Virus record (IMG/VR): IMGVR_UViG_3300046559_000446
Span: 32,001 to 96,000 of that record
Length of the DNA stretch: 64,000 bases
Strand: one strand, 5' to 3'
Source of the DNA: a virus
The first letter of the stretch is position 1. Every line of letters begins with the position of its first letter. Position numbers and translations under genes: made by a program. Shown in pieces: positions 36,693 through 44,540 of the stretch. The notes beneath the pieces are model-generated. The model did no database searches and had not been told where the DNA came from. It saw only the letters and a list, made by a program, of their open reading frames with translations.

Positions 36693-37488
36693 AGTTGGAA
36701 GCCGTCTTGACGCAAACGCCGGCGTCGGCAGACTGGCGGGCGCCCTTGGTGCCGCAGGCGGCGACGACGTACTGGTGGCCTTTCTTGTCGAAGTAGCTGG
36801 CCGAACGCTTCATGTCGAGGGCCACGGGCTGCGACTTTTCGCCAGGAACCGGACCATGGTATTCGCCCTTGAAGACCGGGTGCCCATAGCTTTCGGTATA
36901 GGCGACCGTCTGCACAGCATAGCGACCGATCCGGCAGCGGACGCCAGAGGCGACCAGGGCCGAAGCTACCTCGTCGTCCTGGCACATGACCTGGATCGCG
37001 GCGTCACGCTGCCCGAAAGCCCATAGAGTGCGAGCGTTGAGGCGCTTGTTGCAAGGCCCGTCCTGCCAGGGAAACCCAAGCGCCCCACCGCCGCCGACAG
37101 CGGCGCCGCCCAGGGAGACGGAGCCATTGCAGCTTTCGATGCCGGCGGCGCTCATGCCGGGAGCAAACACCGCCGGCGACTGGCCAGTGGTGGTCGAATT
37201 GAAATTGTTGGTGTTGGCGGCGCCAGACTGGTTGGCGTTGACCGAGCGGACAGCCGTGCTCTGGGCCGAATTGATGCGGCTGTTGACGTTGGAGTTGGAG
37301 CGCGAGGCCGAATTGGACTGGCTGGCCGACAGCGCGGTGTTGCGGTTGTTCTGGACGGGATCGGCAACAGCGGCGGAATTGGAGCGCGAGTTGGAGATGC
37401 CCGTGCCGACGCCGATGGCGTTCTGCGCGAAGGCGCTGGTCGAAAGGACGCTCGCCACGACGGCGAGACTGATAACAAGCTTATTCAT
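36691..37488 (-). CDS. Secreted Asn/Ser-rich protein with C-terminal Cys domain
   Basis: Signal peptide ending SAFA; SNS-rich region; SC.GSVS...D.PC.KRL.AR.L...AAIQVMCQD; AGGAG RBS. Confidence 0.75.
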   Translation of the reverse strand: MNKLVISLAVVASVLSTSAFAQNAIGVGTGISNSRSNSAAVADPVQNNRNTALSASQSNSASRSNSNVNSRINSAQSTAVRSVNANQSGAANTNNFNSTTTGQSPAVFAPGMSAAGIESCNGSVSLGGAAVGGGGALGFPWQDGPCNKRLNARTLWAFGQRDAAIQVMCQDDEVASALVASGVRCRIGRYAVQTVAYTESYGHPVFKGEYHGPVPGEKSQPVALDMKRSASYFDKKGHQYVVAACGTKGARQSADAGVCVKTASN

Positions 37489-37566
37489 GCTGCGTGTTCT
37501 CCTGTGGGCGTTTCTGGCATGTGCGACCAGATCACGATTTTGGTGGGTTGTAAAGTAGACTTCAGC

Positions 37567-37755
37567 TTATTTTTGGTCCGACTTGCTTTTTCCAGTAAAA
37601 TCGGGCCATTTCCGCAGATCGCGGCGCATGTAGCACCGCAAGAAGGCCATGCCTTCGTAGTCATCCCCAGTTTCCATTACAGCATACTGAATCGCTGCCA
37701 ACGGATCTGAAAACCTGTCGTCCTGTTCTATTACGGTGCTTTCCTTATCGCACAA
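37567..37755 (-). CDS. Hypothetical protein
   Basis: 62-aa ORF in the operon. Confidence 0.5.
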   Translation of the reverse strand: MCDKESTVIEQDDRFSDPLAAIQYAVMETGDDYEGMAFLRCYMRRDLRKWPDFTGKSKSDQK

Positions 37756-37982
37756 TTTGCTTCATCCCTTCTCTTTTTATACGCATCGCGCTTGTCACGC
37801 TGACGCTTCCACGCCGCTTCGTCATGGTTGCTGATGTTCGCTCGACCGATCACGCCTTTCGGAATTTTGGAGTAGGCGAGCATGCGGCAAAAGCGGCTGC
37901 TCAATTGGAGGGAGGTGAGATCGCCCAGGACGCCGTTCATGGCGTCGAGCAGGGCTTCATTCTTATTGGAGCGGGCCTTCAC
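37731..37982 (-). CDS. Hypothetical basic protein
   Basis: Coupled to the upstream ORF by a 4-bp overlap. Confidence 0.55.
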   Translation of the reverse strand: MKARSNKNEALLDAMNGVLGDLTSLQLSSRFCRMLAYSKIPKGVIGRANISNHDEAAWKRQRDKRDAYKKRRDEANCAIRKAP

Positions 37983-38293
37983 GCAGTCTTTCCCATAACT
38001 TGAGCCACAGCTTCAACCAAGGCGTCAGTCATGGCTTTTTCGTGTGCGGTCACGGCTTCGTTAAAGAAAGTGACGTTGGCCTCGATGGCGTCCGAAATGA
38101 GCTTGATCATTGTGGAGCGGGAGGCTTCAGGCTGGCGCGCGATGAACTCGGACTGGATGAAGACCAGGGCGTTCAACACCGTTTGCGTGTCTTGTCCAGA
38201 AAGGACTTCCGCTATTTTTGCGGCAAGGCCGGCGGCATTAGAGGCGTCTTCACTGGCGACGCATGATTCGAGCTTAAATCTTTCGTTCTGCAT
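37979..38293 (-). CDS. Hypothetical helical protein
   Basis: 104 aa with AAGGTG RBS, downstream of a minus-strand promoter. Confidence 0.65.
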   Translation of the reverse strand: MQNERFKLESCVASEDASNAAGLAAKIAEVLSGQDTQTVLNALVFIQSEFIARQPEASRSTMIKLISDAIEANVTFFNEAVTAHEKAMTDALVEAVAQVMGKTA

Positions 38294-38327
38294 TAATCAC
38301 CTTGTGCGGTTCGTTTCGACCTTCAAA

Positions 38328-38356
38328 AGCTACGACAAGCGAATACGACCTGTCAA
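38328..38356 (-). promoter_or_regulatory. Sigma70-type promoter (minus strand)
   Basis: Minus strand TTGACA-N17-GTAGCT. Confidence 0.5.
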
Positions 38357-38359
38357 CCA

Positions 38360-38707
38360 TCAATCGAGCTTAAATTCCGAAATAAACGCTTTCACCTCGT
38401 CGGGAGTGCGGGCGATCCGATAAATGCCGCCGTTTTCCTCCCAAAAGGTCTGGAAGCCTTTTTGATTGTCGGACTGGCGCCCGGTTTTGGGGATTTTCAA
38501 TTCGAGGGCGAGCGGCCTGCATCGTGAGAGCACGATGATGTCGGCCACGCCAGACCGCACACCCATCTGTTTAAGACGGGCGGCGGTCACTTTGTCGCGC
38601 TTTCCCCCATTTGGCACATGAAACCACACCGTTTTGCGGCAGGCTTCGCTGAACAGCAGGGCGGCATGCATCTGGAAGGAGTCTTCGTCGTAGCCTCTCA
38701 ACGTCAA
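38360..38707 (-). CDS. VRR-NUC domain nuclease
   Basis: WFHVPNGGKR...LKQMGVRSGVADIIVL...LELK...GRQSDNQ. Confidence 0.85.
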   Translation of the reverse strand: MTLRGYDEDSFQMHAALLFSEACRKTVWFHVPNGGKRDKVTAARLKQMGVRSGVADIIVLSRCRPLALELKIPKTGRQSDNQKGFQTFWEENGGIYRIARTPDEVKAFISEFKLD

Positions 38708-38955
38708 CCTCGTTTCGAAAGAAACTCATCGACCGCCGTCTGGATGACGTGCGACACGCTCTCGAAACCAGGTTCGTTGCGCCAGATTAAGTGTAGCTTG
38801 TCTCGCGCTCGCGGGTCAAGGCGGACCGTGACTACGACTTTCGCCGGCGACTGCGGCGTGAAGACGGGAACAGGCTTTTCCTTCTTTACCTTTTTCGTCG
38901 GCACAAAGCGTGGCATTTTCATGGTTTTCATTTTTGGCTGATCCTTGGCTTGCAT
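38704..38955 (-). CDS. Ribbon-helix-helix DNA-binding protein
   Basis: VVVTVRLD...SVSHVIQTAVDEFL pattern; start uncertain. Confidence 0.55.
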   Translation of the reverse strand: MQAKDQPKMKTMKMPRFVPTKKVKKEKPVPVFTPQSPAKVVVTVRLDPRARDKLHLIWRNEPGFESVSHVIQTAVDEFLSKRG

Positions 38956-39010
38956 TTCGCGGAGTATGGGGGCAACGTATACGTCCCGTCAAGACATCAC
39001 GAGGATCTCT

Positions 39011-40444
39011 GTGACCGAAACGCTCTCCGAACAAATTTTAACTCCCACCCTTCGTCCCCATCAGCTAGAAGCCGTTGATACTCTCGCCAACTCCCAGGAA
39101 ATAACAGCATACGCCGAAATGTCGGTCGCCTCCGGAAAATCGCTCGTCATGGCGAAATTGGGCGAGCGGGCGCTTGCCAACACCCGCGTCGTAATTATCG
39201 CGCACACGGAAGAACTGGTGAAGCAGGACGCCGCCGCCTGCCGGTGGATCGGCCAGGATCCGGCCATCTGTAGCGCCGGCCTTAACGAAATGAGGACTGA
39301 TGGCCGGCTTACCGTCGGCACTATCGGCACTATTGCGAATCGGCTCGATCATTTCAGGGATGTCGGCCTGGTCATCATCGACGAGATCCACCGCGCCCGT
39401 ATGACGCCATATAAAGATGGCACGGTATCAGAATATCTGAAGGTGCAGCAGGCGCTGCCGCAAGCCTGGTTTCGCGGCGTCACCGCCACCGGCTGGCGCG
39501 AGGATGGCACCGGATCGCTCAAAAATACGTTCGGCCCCTGCCTCTACGAATACGGTTTCCTGAAAGCCCTTGAGGATGGTTTCGTCAAGATGCTGCGCGC
39601 GGTCGCCGCCGACGCCCCCGACATCGACACCAAAGGCTTGAAGGTCAACTCCCTGGGCGAATGGGGCGGGCAGGAACTGACCCATCGCGGCGTAGCGTTG
39701 GCGCCGCTCCATGTCGCGAGCCTGGTCAAGGTCATGCGCGAGGAAGAGCGGACCAGGTGCCTGATCTTTGCGTGTGACATCGAGCATGCGAATGTGCTGG
39801 AGCGCGAATACAGAAAGCTGGGCATCGACGCACGGGCCGTCCACACCGGCGTCGGCGGTCGCGTCGAAAATGTCGAGGCTTTTCGCAGGGGCGAATTTCC
39901 CGTCATGATCTCGGTCGCCATGTTTAATACGGGGTTCGATGTCCCCGATATTGACATGATGGGCTTCTGCCGCCCGATGAAATCCAGTTTGCTTTATGCA
40001 CAATCCCTGGGGCGCGGCGCTCGCCTGTCCGAATACGCCGATGATTGCGCCGTGGTTGATTTTGGCGGCAACATCATTCGGCACGGCGCCCTTGATATGA
40101 TCGAGCCGCCGAAACAGCGGGCGCCGAGCGGCGGGAAGCCTGAAGAGGAAAGAGAAAAACTGCCGGCGATGAAGCGGGCCGTCGGCGGCGATCTGCGCAA
40201 TGCCGCAAAGGAGGGCGTATTACTATCAAATCAGGGCAAACCGCAGTGGACGAAGCCAAACGGCGTCCCGATCTTTCTGCCGCAGCGCGGTTTTTGGATC
40301 GTCCCGACAAAGCTCGGCAAGGCGCGCTGGTTCTCGCGCGCTTATCCAAACGACGTCGAGCACCTTTATTGCGAGTATAGGGGAAAATACGGCTGGACGG
40401 CGCGCGGCGCTGTCGATAATGTGGGCATCCTTCACAAAGCGTGA
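39011..40444 (+). CDS. Superfamily II DNA helicase (RadD/YejH-like)
   Basis: LRPHQ, ASGKS, DEIH, TAT, TGFDVPDID and QSLGRGAR helicase motifs; GTG start. Confidence 0.9.
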   Translation: MTETLSEQILTPTLRPHQLEAVDTLANSQEITAYAEMSVASGKSLVMAKLGERALANTRVVIIAHTEELVKQDAAACRWIGQDPAICSAGLNEMRTDGRLTVGTIGTIANRLDHFRDVGLVIIDEIHRARMTPYKDGTVSEYLKVQQALPQAWFRGVTATGWREDGTGSLKNTFGPCLYEYGFLKALEDGFVKMLRAVAADAPDIDTKGLKVNSLGEWGGQELTHRGVALAPLHVASLVKVMREEERTRCLIFACDIEHANVLEREYRKLGIDARAVHTGVGGRVENVEAFRRGEFPVMISVAMFNTGFDVPDIDMMGFCRPMKSSLLYAQSLGRGARLSEYADDCAVVDFGGNIIRHGALDMIEPPKQRAPSGGKPEEEREKLPAMKRAVGGDLRNAAKEGVLLSNQGKPQWTKPNGVPIFLPQRGFWIVPTKLGKARWFSRAYPNDVEHLYCEYRGKYGWTARGAVDNVGILHKA

Positions 40445-40473
40445 AACAACCGAATACAGAAAAGGGCTATAAA

Positions 40474-41064
40474 ATGGGTAAATTTACAATTTCTGGCATC
40501 ACGAAGCCGGGTGACAGCTTTCTTTTCGAGAGCGACAATCTCAATGAAGTTCTCGACGCCATCGACATCATGCGCGGTTCTGTGACTGCCAGTGAGCGTG
40601 AACAGCTTGCTGCGGCTGGCGCCTTCGAACCGCCTGCGCAACAGGCCCAGCAGACCTACCAGGCTTCGACCCAGCAGGCTCAGGCTGCTCCTACCGCTCC
40701 TGCCGAACCGCCGAAGCGCACCCGCACCCGCAAGGCCGCCGAGGCCCCGGCGCCCGTGCAGCCGCAGGATGCTCCCCAGACCCAGCAGCCGGCCAGCCCG
40801 TTCGCGAACGCCAATGCGCCCTTTGCGCCGGCGCCCGATCACACTTCGAACGGCGCCACCGAGCGGCCTGCGGTCGTCAAGTTGAAGACGCATCTGGCTG
40901 CTCTCGCCGCCGCGCATGGCGAGGGCCAGGTCTATTCCTGGGCCATCCAGAACGCTTTCAACCTGCCGGTCGAGACGACCAAGGATGTCTTTCTCAACGA
41001 GAAGATCTACGGTTTCACCGACGACCGGCTTGAGGCGGCGTATCGCATGAGCGGCGGTCAGTAA
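40474..41064 (+). CDS. Hypothetical replication-module protein with Ala/Pro/Gln-rich linker
   Basis: ORF between the helicase and exonuclease genes. Confidence 0.7.
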   Translation: MGKFTISGITKPGDSFLFESDNLNEVLDAIDIMRGSVTASEREQLAAAGAFEPPAQQAQQTYQASTQQAQAAPTAPAEPPKRTRTRKAAEAPAPVQPQDAPQTQQPASPFANANAPFAPAPDHTSNGATERPAVVKLKTHLAALAAAHGEGQVYSWAIQNAFNLPVETTKDVFLNEKIYGFTDDRLEAAYRMSGGQ

Positions 41065-41083
41065 TCACTGATCGCACGAATAG

Positions 41084-41113
41084 AGGGGGTCCATTCGTGC
41101 GGCCCCCTTTTTT
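41084..41113 (+). terminator. Intrinsic terminator
   Basis: AGGGGGTC-N9-GGCCCCCT followed by TTTTT. Confidence 0.6.
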
Positions 41114-41136
41114 AACATCCAAAAACAGGAAACCCC

Positions 41137-42138
41137 ATGTCAGCCCACGCCAATTTTGCGCCCTCGTCCGCCGCCAGGTGGCTCGAATGTCCCTTCAGCG
41201 CCATGATCAGCGCCACCCTCCCAAATCACGATAGCGACGCCTCCCGCGAGGGCACCCGCGTCCACACCCTGATCGAGAAGGCCATCGCCGGCGAACCGAT
41301 CCCCGAAAGTGAAGACGAGGACGTTGCTTACGGCATCGAAATGGTGCTCGATTTTGTCAATCAACTCGGCGGTCTGAAGACCGTTTTGGCCGAGCAGAAA
41401 GTACACCTGTCGAAAGACGTGTGGGGGACCGTCGATATCTTACAGCCCGATCCTTACGTCACGACCCTCCTGGACTATAAAAACGGCCAGATGGACGTCG
41501 CCGCCGACCGCAACATGCAGTTGATGACCTATGCGGCGGCGACGCTTGAAGAGAAGGGGCCTTCGAAGTTTTACCGCCTGGTGATCGTGCAGCCGAACAG
41601 CCGCACCGCCGGCGATCAGCGCGATGTCAAGCAGAGCCTGGTTCCGCTCGCCCTGGTCGAGGAACATCGTGAAAAGGTGCTGGCGGCGGTCGAGCGCGGC
41701 ATGCACGGCGAGGGGCCGAAGCCTGGCCGGCATTGCCGCTACTGCTCGGCCTTTGGCAACTGCGAAGCCACGCAGCAGATGTTGCCTTTCATCATGACGG
41801 CGGTCCGGATGCTGCCGCACGAGATCCCCAACGCCACCGCCGTCCGCATGCTGACCGTGCTCCGGGGCCTGGAAGACATGCGCAAGGCCCTGGAGAAGGA
41901 TATCGTCACCCGATTCGCTTCCGGCCAGCAGGTGCCCGGCGCCCAAATGGGCATGACCTCGACCCATCGCAAATGGGGCGACGACCGCATGGCGGTCGAG
42001 AAGCTGATCGCAGCCTATGGCCTGAACGGCGTCGATCCGATCAGCCCGGCCCAGGCCGAGAAAATGGGTTCAGCCGGCGTGGAGTTAGCGAAGACGCTGG
42101 CCTTCAAGCCCACGGGAAGCCCCAAACTGATTTATTGA
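41137..42138 (+). CDS. Cas4-like PD-(D/E)xK exonuclease (DUF2800-like)
   Basis: HANFAPSSAARWLECP...GTVDIL...DYKNG...HCRYC...C. Confidence 0.85.
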   Translation: MSAHANFAPSSAARWLECPFSAMISATLPNHDSDASREGTRVHTLIEKAIAGEPIPESEDEDVAYGIEMVLDFVNQLGGLKTVLAEQKVHLSKDVWGTVDILQPDPYVTTLLDYKNGQMDVAADRNMQLMTYAAATLEEKGPSKFYRLVIVQPNSRTAGDQRDVKQSLVPLALVEEHREKVLAAVERGMHGEGPKPGRHCRYCSAFGNCEATQQMLPFIMTAVRMLPHEIPNATAVRMLTVLRGLEDMRKALEKDIVTRFASGQQVPGAQMGMTSTHRKWGDDRMAVEKLIAAYGLNGVDPISPAQAEKMGSAGVELAKTLAFKPTGSPKLIY

Positions 42139-42145
42139 TGGAGCA

Positions 42146-42174
42146 TTGACAGCCGAACACGCTCGTGCCAATCT
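42146..42174 (+). promoter_or_regulatory. Promoter-cassette variant upstream of the SSB gene
   Basis: TTGACA-gccgaacacgctcgtgc-CAATCT; shares CGAACACG with the other copies. Confidence 0.5.
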
Positions 42175-42232
42175 ACGTGAGTAAATGTAAAGCGTAACCG
42201 TGCAACCAAGCAAACTGTGAAAGGGCGCCTCT

Positions 42233-42976
42233 ATGGCCCGCGAACTGCAAAAAGTCATCCTCATGAATGCCCAGCTTGTCTACACCAATCGCCTGTACGA
42301 GGCAGAAACGGTGGACATGGCCGGCGCTCCGCTCAAAAAGCCAACCTGGTCTGTGAGCCTCCGCTATCCCAAAACCACCCAGAACTGGTTCGACGAGCCG
42401 CTGCTGTTGGCCCTCCGCAATGCCTGCGGCGTCATCAAGAGCCGCGAAATGGCTCACGTTCCTTTCGAGCGGATCGAGTTCCCCGTCAAAGACGGCTCCC
42501 TCCCCAACAAAAAGAACAAGATCCCGTCCTGGGCGAAGGATCACTGGATCATCCGCGCCAATACGACGATCAAGCGGCCTCTGGTCGAGCAGCGCGTCGA
42601 TGGCGTCGTCACCCCGCTGGAGGCGATCCAGCTTGGCGGAACGCGCCTCTGGGGCGACGGCGACTACGCCGGCGTCGTCATGTCCGTCGCCAAGCGCATG
42701 ACCGATGATATCGGCATCAAGTGCTATCTCCAGAGCGTCTGTTTCATGGCGCACGGCGAGCCTCTCAACACGGCGGGCGAACCCACTGACTGGGATGTCG
42801 CGATCAGCCAGGCTGCGGAGCACGGCATCAACATCAAGGCCGACGCCCCCGGCTTCAATGCCGGTGGATTTCCGCCGGCCAGCAACGGCGCGGCGCCGCC
42901 CTTCGCTCCGTTCAATCCGACCGGTGGCCCGTCGCCGTTCAGCGGCGCCGGTCCCAAGGCCGCCGATCCCTTCTAA
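42233..42976 (+). CDS. Single-stranded DNA-binding protein (DUF2815 / T7 gp2.5-like)
   Basis: OB-fold-like pattern (KPTWSVSLRYPK...PVKDG...GIKCYLQSVCFM); tail ending DPF; position between exonuclease and polymerase. Confidence 0.7.
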   Translation: MARELQKVILMNAQLVYTNRLYEAETVDMAGAPLKKPTWSVSLRYPKTTQNWFDEPLLLALRNACGVIKSREMAHVPFERIEFPVKDGSLPNKKNKIPSWAKDHWIIRANTTIKRPLVEQRVDGVVTPLEAIQLGGTRLWGDGDYAGVVMSVAKRMTDDIGIKCYLQSVCFMAHGEPLNTAGEPTDWDVAISQAAEHGINIKADAPGFNAGGFPPASNGAAPPFAPFNPTGGPSPFSGAGPKAADPF

Positions 42977-43000
42977 AATCAAAACCCAATCAAAAAGATG

Positions 43001-43025
43001 CCCCAGCGTTCGCGCTGGGGTTTCT
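43001..43025 (+). terminator. Intrinsic terminator with UUCG loop
   Basis: CCCCAGCG-TTCG-CGCTGGGG-TTTCT. Confidence 0.7.
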
Positions 43026-43048
43026 AACTGCGCCCGGAGCTACCCAAA

Positions 43049-43840
43049 ATGCGCCTGCATCAACTCCTAGACTTCAAGAACCAACTGCCTGCTGTTGTTA
43101 GCAATTGGTTCTTGAAGTTCGGACCTGACGTGAAGCAATTCTACTTTGGGGATATCATGTCGATCTCTGGAGACGAGTGGGTCGATCTACAGAATTACGC
43201 CGTTGATCTAGTTGCGTTAGGAAAATTTCAGCTTCCCTTTGAGCATGTGTCATACGCTTATGAGTGTGGCGCCATGCAGATTTTGGGCTGCTTGGAGTTT
43301 AAGAACAATGCGTTTCGTATTGCATTGGCTCGAATGTGGAAAGATGAAATAGGCCGAGCCGCCGTATTTAGTCATTATGCAATAGAAGATCTGGAATGCT
43401 CTAAGGAAATTAAGGGTGTTGGTTGCAAATTACGCGACATAGCTTGTTACCCACCGGTTGAAACAAAAGATCAAGCGACGGAAGCGATTGAAGACGCGCG
43501 CGATCACATGCTCGCGTTCATGGCCCTGACCGTCATGCTGTCGGCCAAAGGCGTCGGGGTTGAAGTCATCCCTGCGCCAGAGAAATTGAACAAGTGCCGA
43601 GCCAAAAAAGGGCGCCCGCCGATCAGTGAAATCCGCACTGTCCACATCCGCATTGGCGGCGAAAAATACACTTTCGCCGGCGAGCGACACGGGCACCACG
43701 CCTCTCCCAGGCTGCACTGGCGTCGCGGCCACATTCGCCGCCTGCCTTCCGGTGGCATCACTAATGTTGTGCCGTGCCTCGTCGGAAATGCGGAGCGCGG
43801 CGTCGTCAAGCACGACTACGACGTGAGGGTCAAGCACTAA
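43049..43840 (+). CDS. Hypothetical protein with C-terminal SPRLHWRRGH motif
   Basis: 263 aa; visibly AT-richer 5' half. Confidence 0.7.
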   Translation: MRLHQLLDFKNQLPAVVSNWFLKFGPDVKQFYFGDIMSISGDEWVDLQNYAVDLVALGKFQLPFEHVSYAYECGAMQILGCLEFKNNAFRIALARMWKDEIGRAAVFSHYAIEDLECSKEIKGVGCKLRDIACYPPVETKDQATEAIEDARDHMLAFMALTVMLSAKGVGVEVIPAPEKLNKCRAKKGRPPISEIRTVHIRIGGEKYTFAGERHGHHASPRLHWRRGHIRRLPSGGITNVVPCLVGNAERGVVKHDYDVRVKH

Positions 43841-44259
43841 TGGGCGGCAGACGCAGAACAGACGGCGATACGTGCGCCCCTTTGGAAGCATCGACCATTC
43901 GTCTTTTACACCGCAAGATTTTCTTTGCGCTTTACCACTATGGCCCCATGACCGCGCTGCCTGCTTCTCTGGCGGTTGGGAAAACTGAACAGACCGTCAC
44001 TACTCGTTTTGAAGAAATGCTTAAACGTGGCCTCGCTACTAATGCTGGAAAGGCAAAAAATTTGTTTACGAACAGATCTGCCATCGTGCGAAAACTTGTC
44101 ATGGGTCACCCCACCATCCCAACCAGCTTTGCTGAATTTATGACCATGTCAAAGGAATATCGCGCGATCAATCGCGAAGACCGGGAAGCCTTCCGCGCCG
44201 TGTTACGCGGCATGCTTGATGAACTCGATAAATTTGATCAACTGGACGAGGGAAAATGA
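43840..44259 (+). CDS. Probable winged-helix DNA-binding protein
   Basis: TAATG coupling; TVTTRFEEMLKRGL helix-wing pattern. Confidence 0.5.
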   Translation: MGGRRRTDGDTCAPLEASTIRLLHRKIFFALYHYGPMTALPASLAVGKTEQTVTTRFEEMLKRGLATNAGKAKNLFTNRSAIVRKLVMGHPTIPTSFAEFMTMSKEYRAINREDREAFRAVLRGMLDELDKFDQLDEGK

Positions 44260-44540
44260 CAGACAATCGCGGAGGAACCAGCGGACCAGGAAAATGGGGT
44301 CCGGAAGAGAAAGAATCGGCGGCGAAACAGCGCCGGCGGGTCTGGATGATCATGATCGATTGGGAGTGGCACACCCTCTCCGAATTGCACATCCTGACCG
44401 GCGATCCGGAGGCGTCCGTTTCTGCGCGCCTTCGCGATCTGCGCAAGAAGAAATTCGGCGGATATGACGTGCTGCGCAGGCGTGTTTTGGGCTTGAAGAT
44501 TTACGAATATCGTGTGGTCGAGCCAGCAGGTGGCGCGTGA
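44256..44540 (+). CDS. Small winged-helix protein
   Basis: WHTLSEL...EASVSARLRDLRK...YEYR. Confidence 0.65.
   Translation: MTDNRGGTSGPGKWGPEEKESAAKQRRRVWMIMIDWEWHTLSELHILTGDPEASVSARLRDLRKKKFGGYDVLRRRVLGLKIYEYRVVEPAGGA

Noticed and set aside
41137-42138. Cas4-like nuclease as evidence of a CRISPR-Cas system
   Set aside because: Context (helicase, SSB, PolA) is the standard phage replication/recombination module; no array or other cas genes
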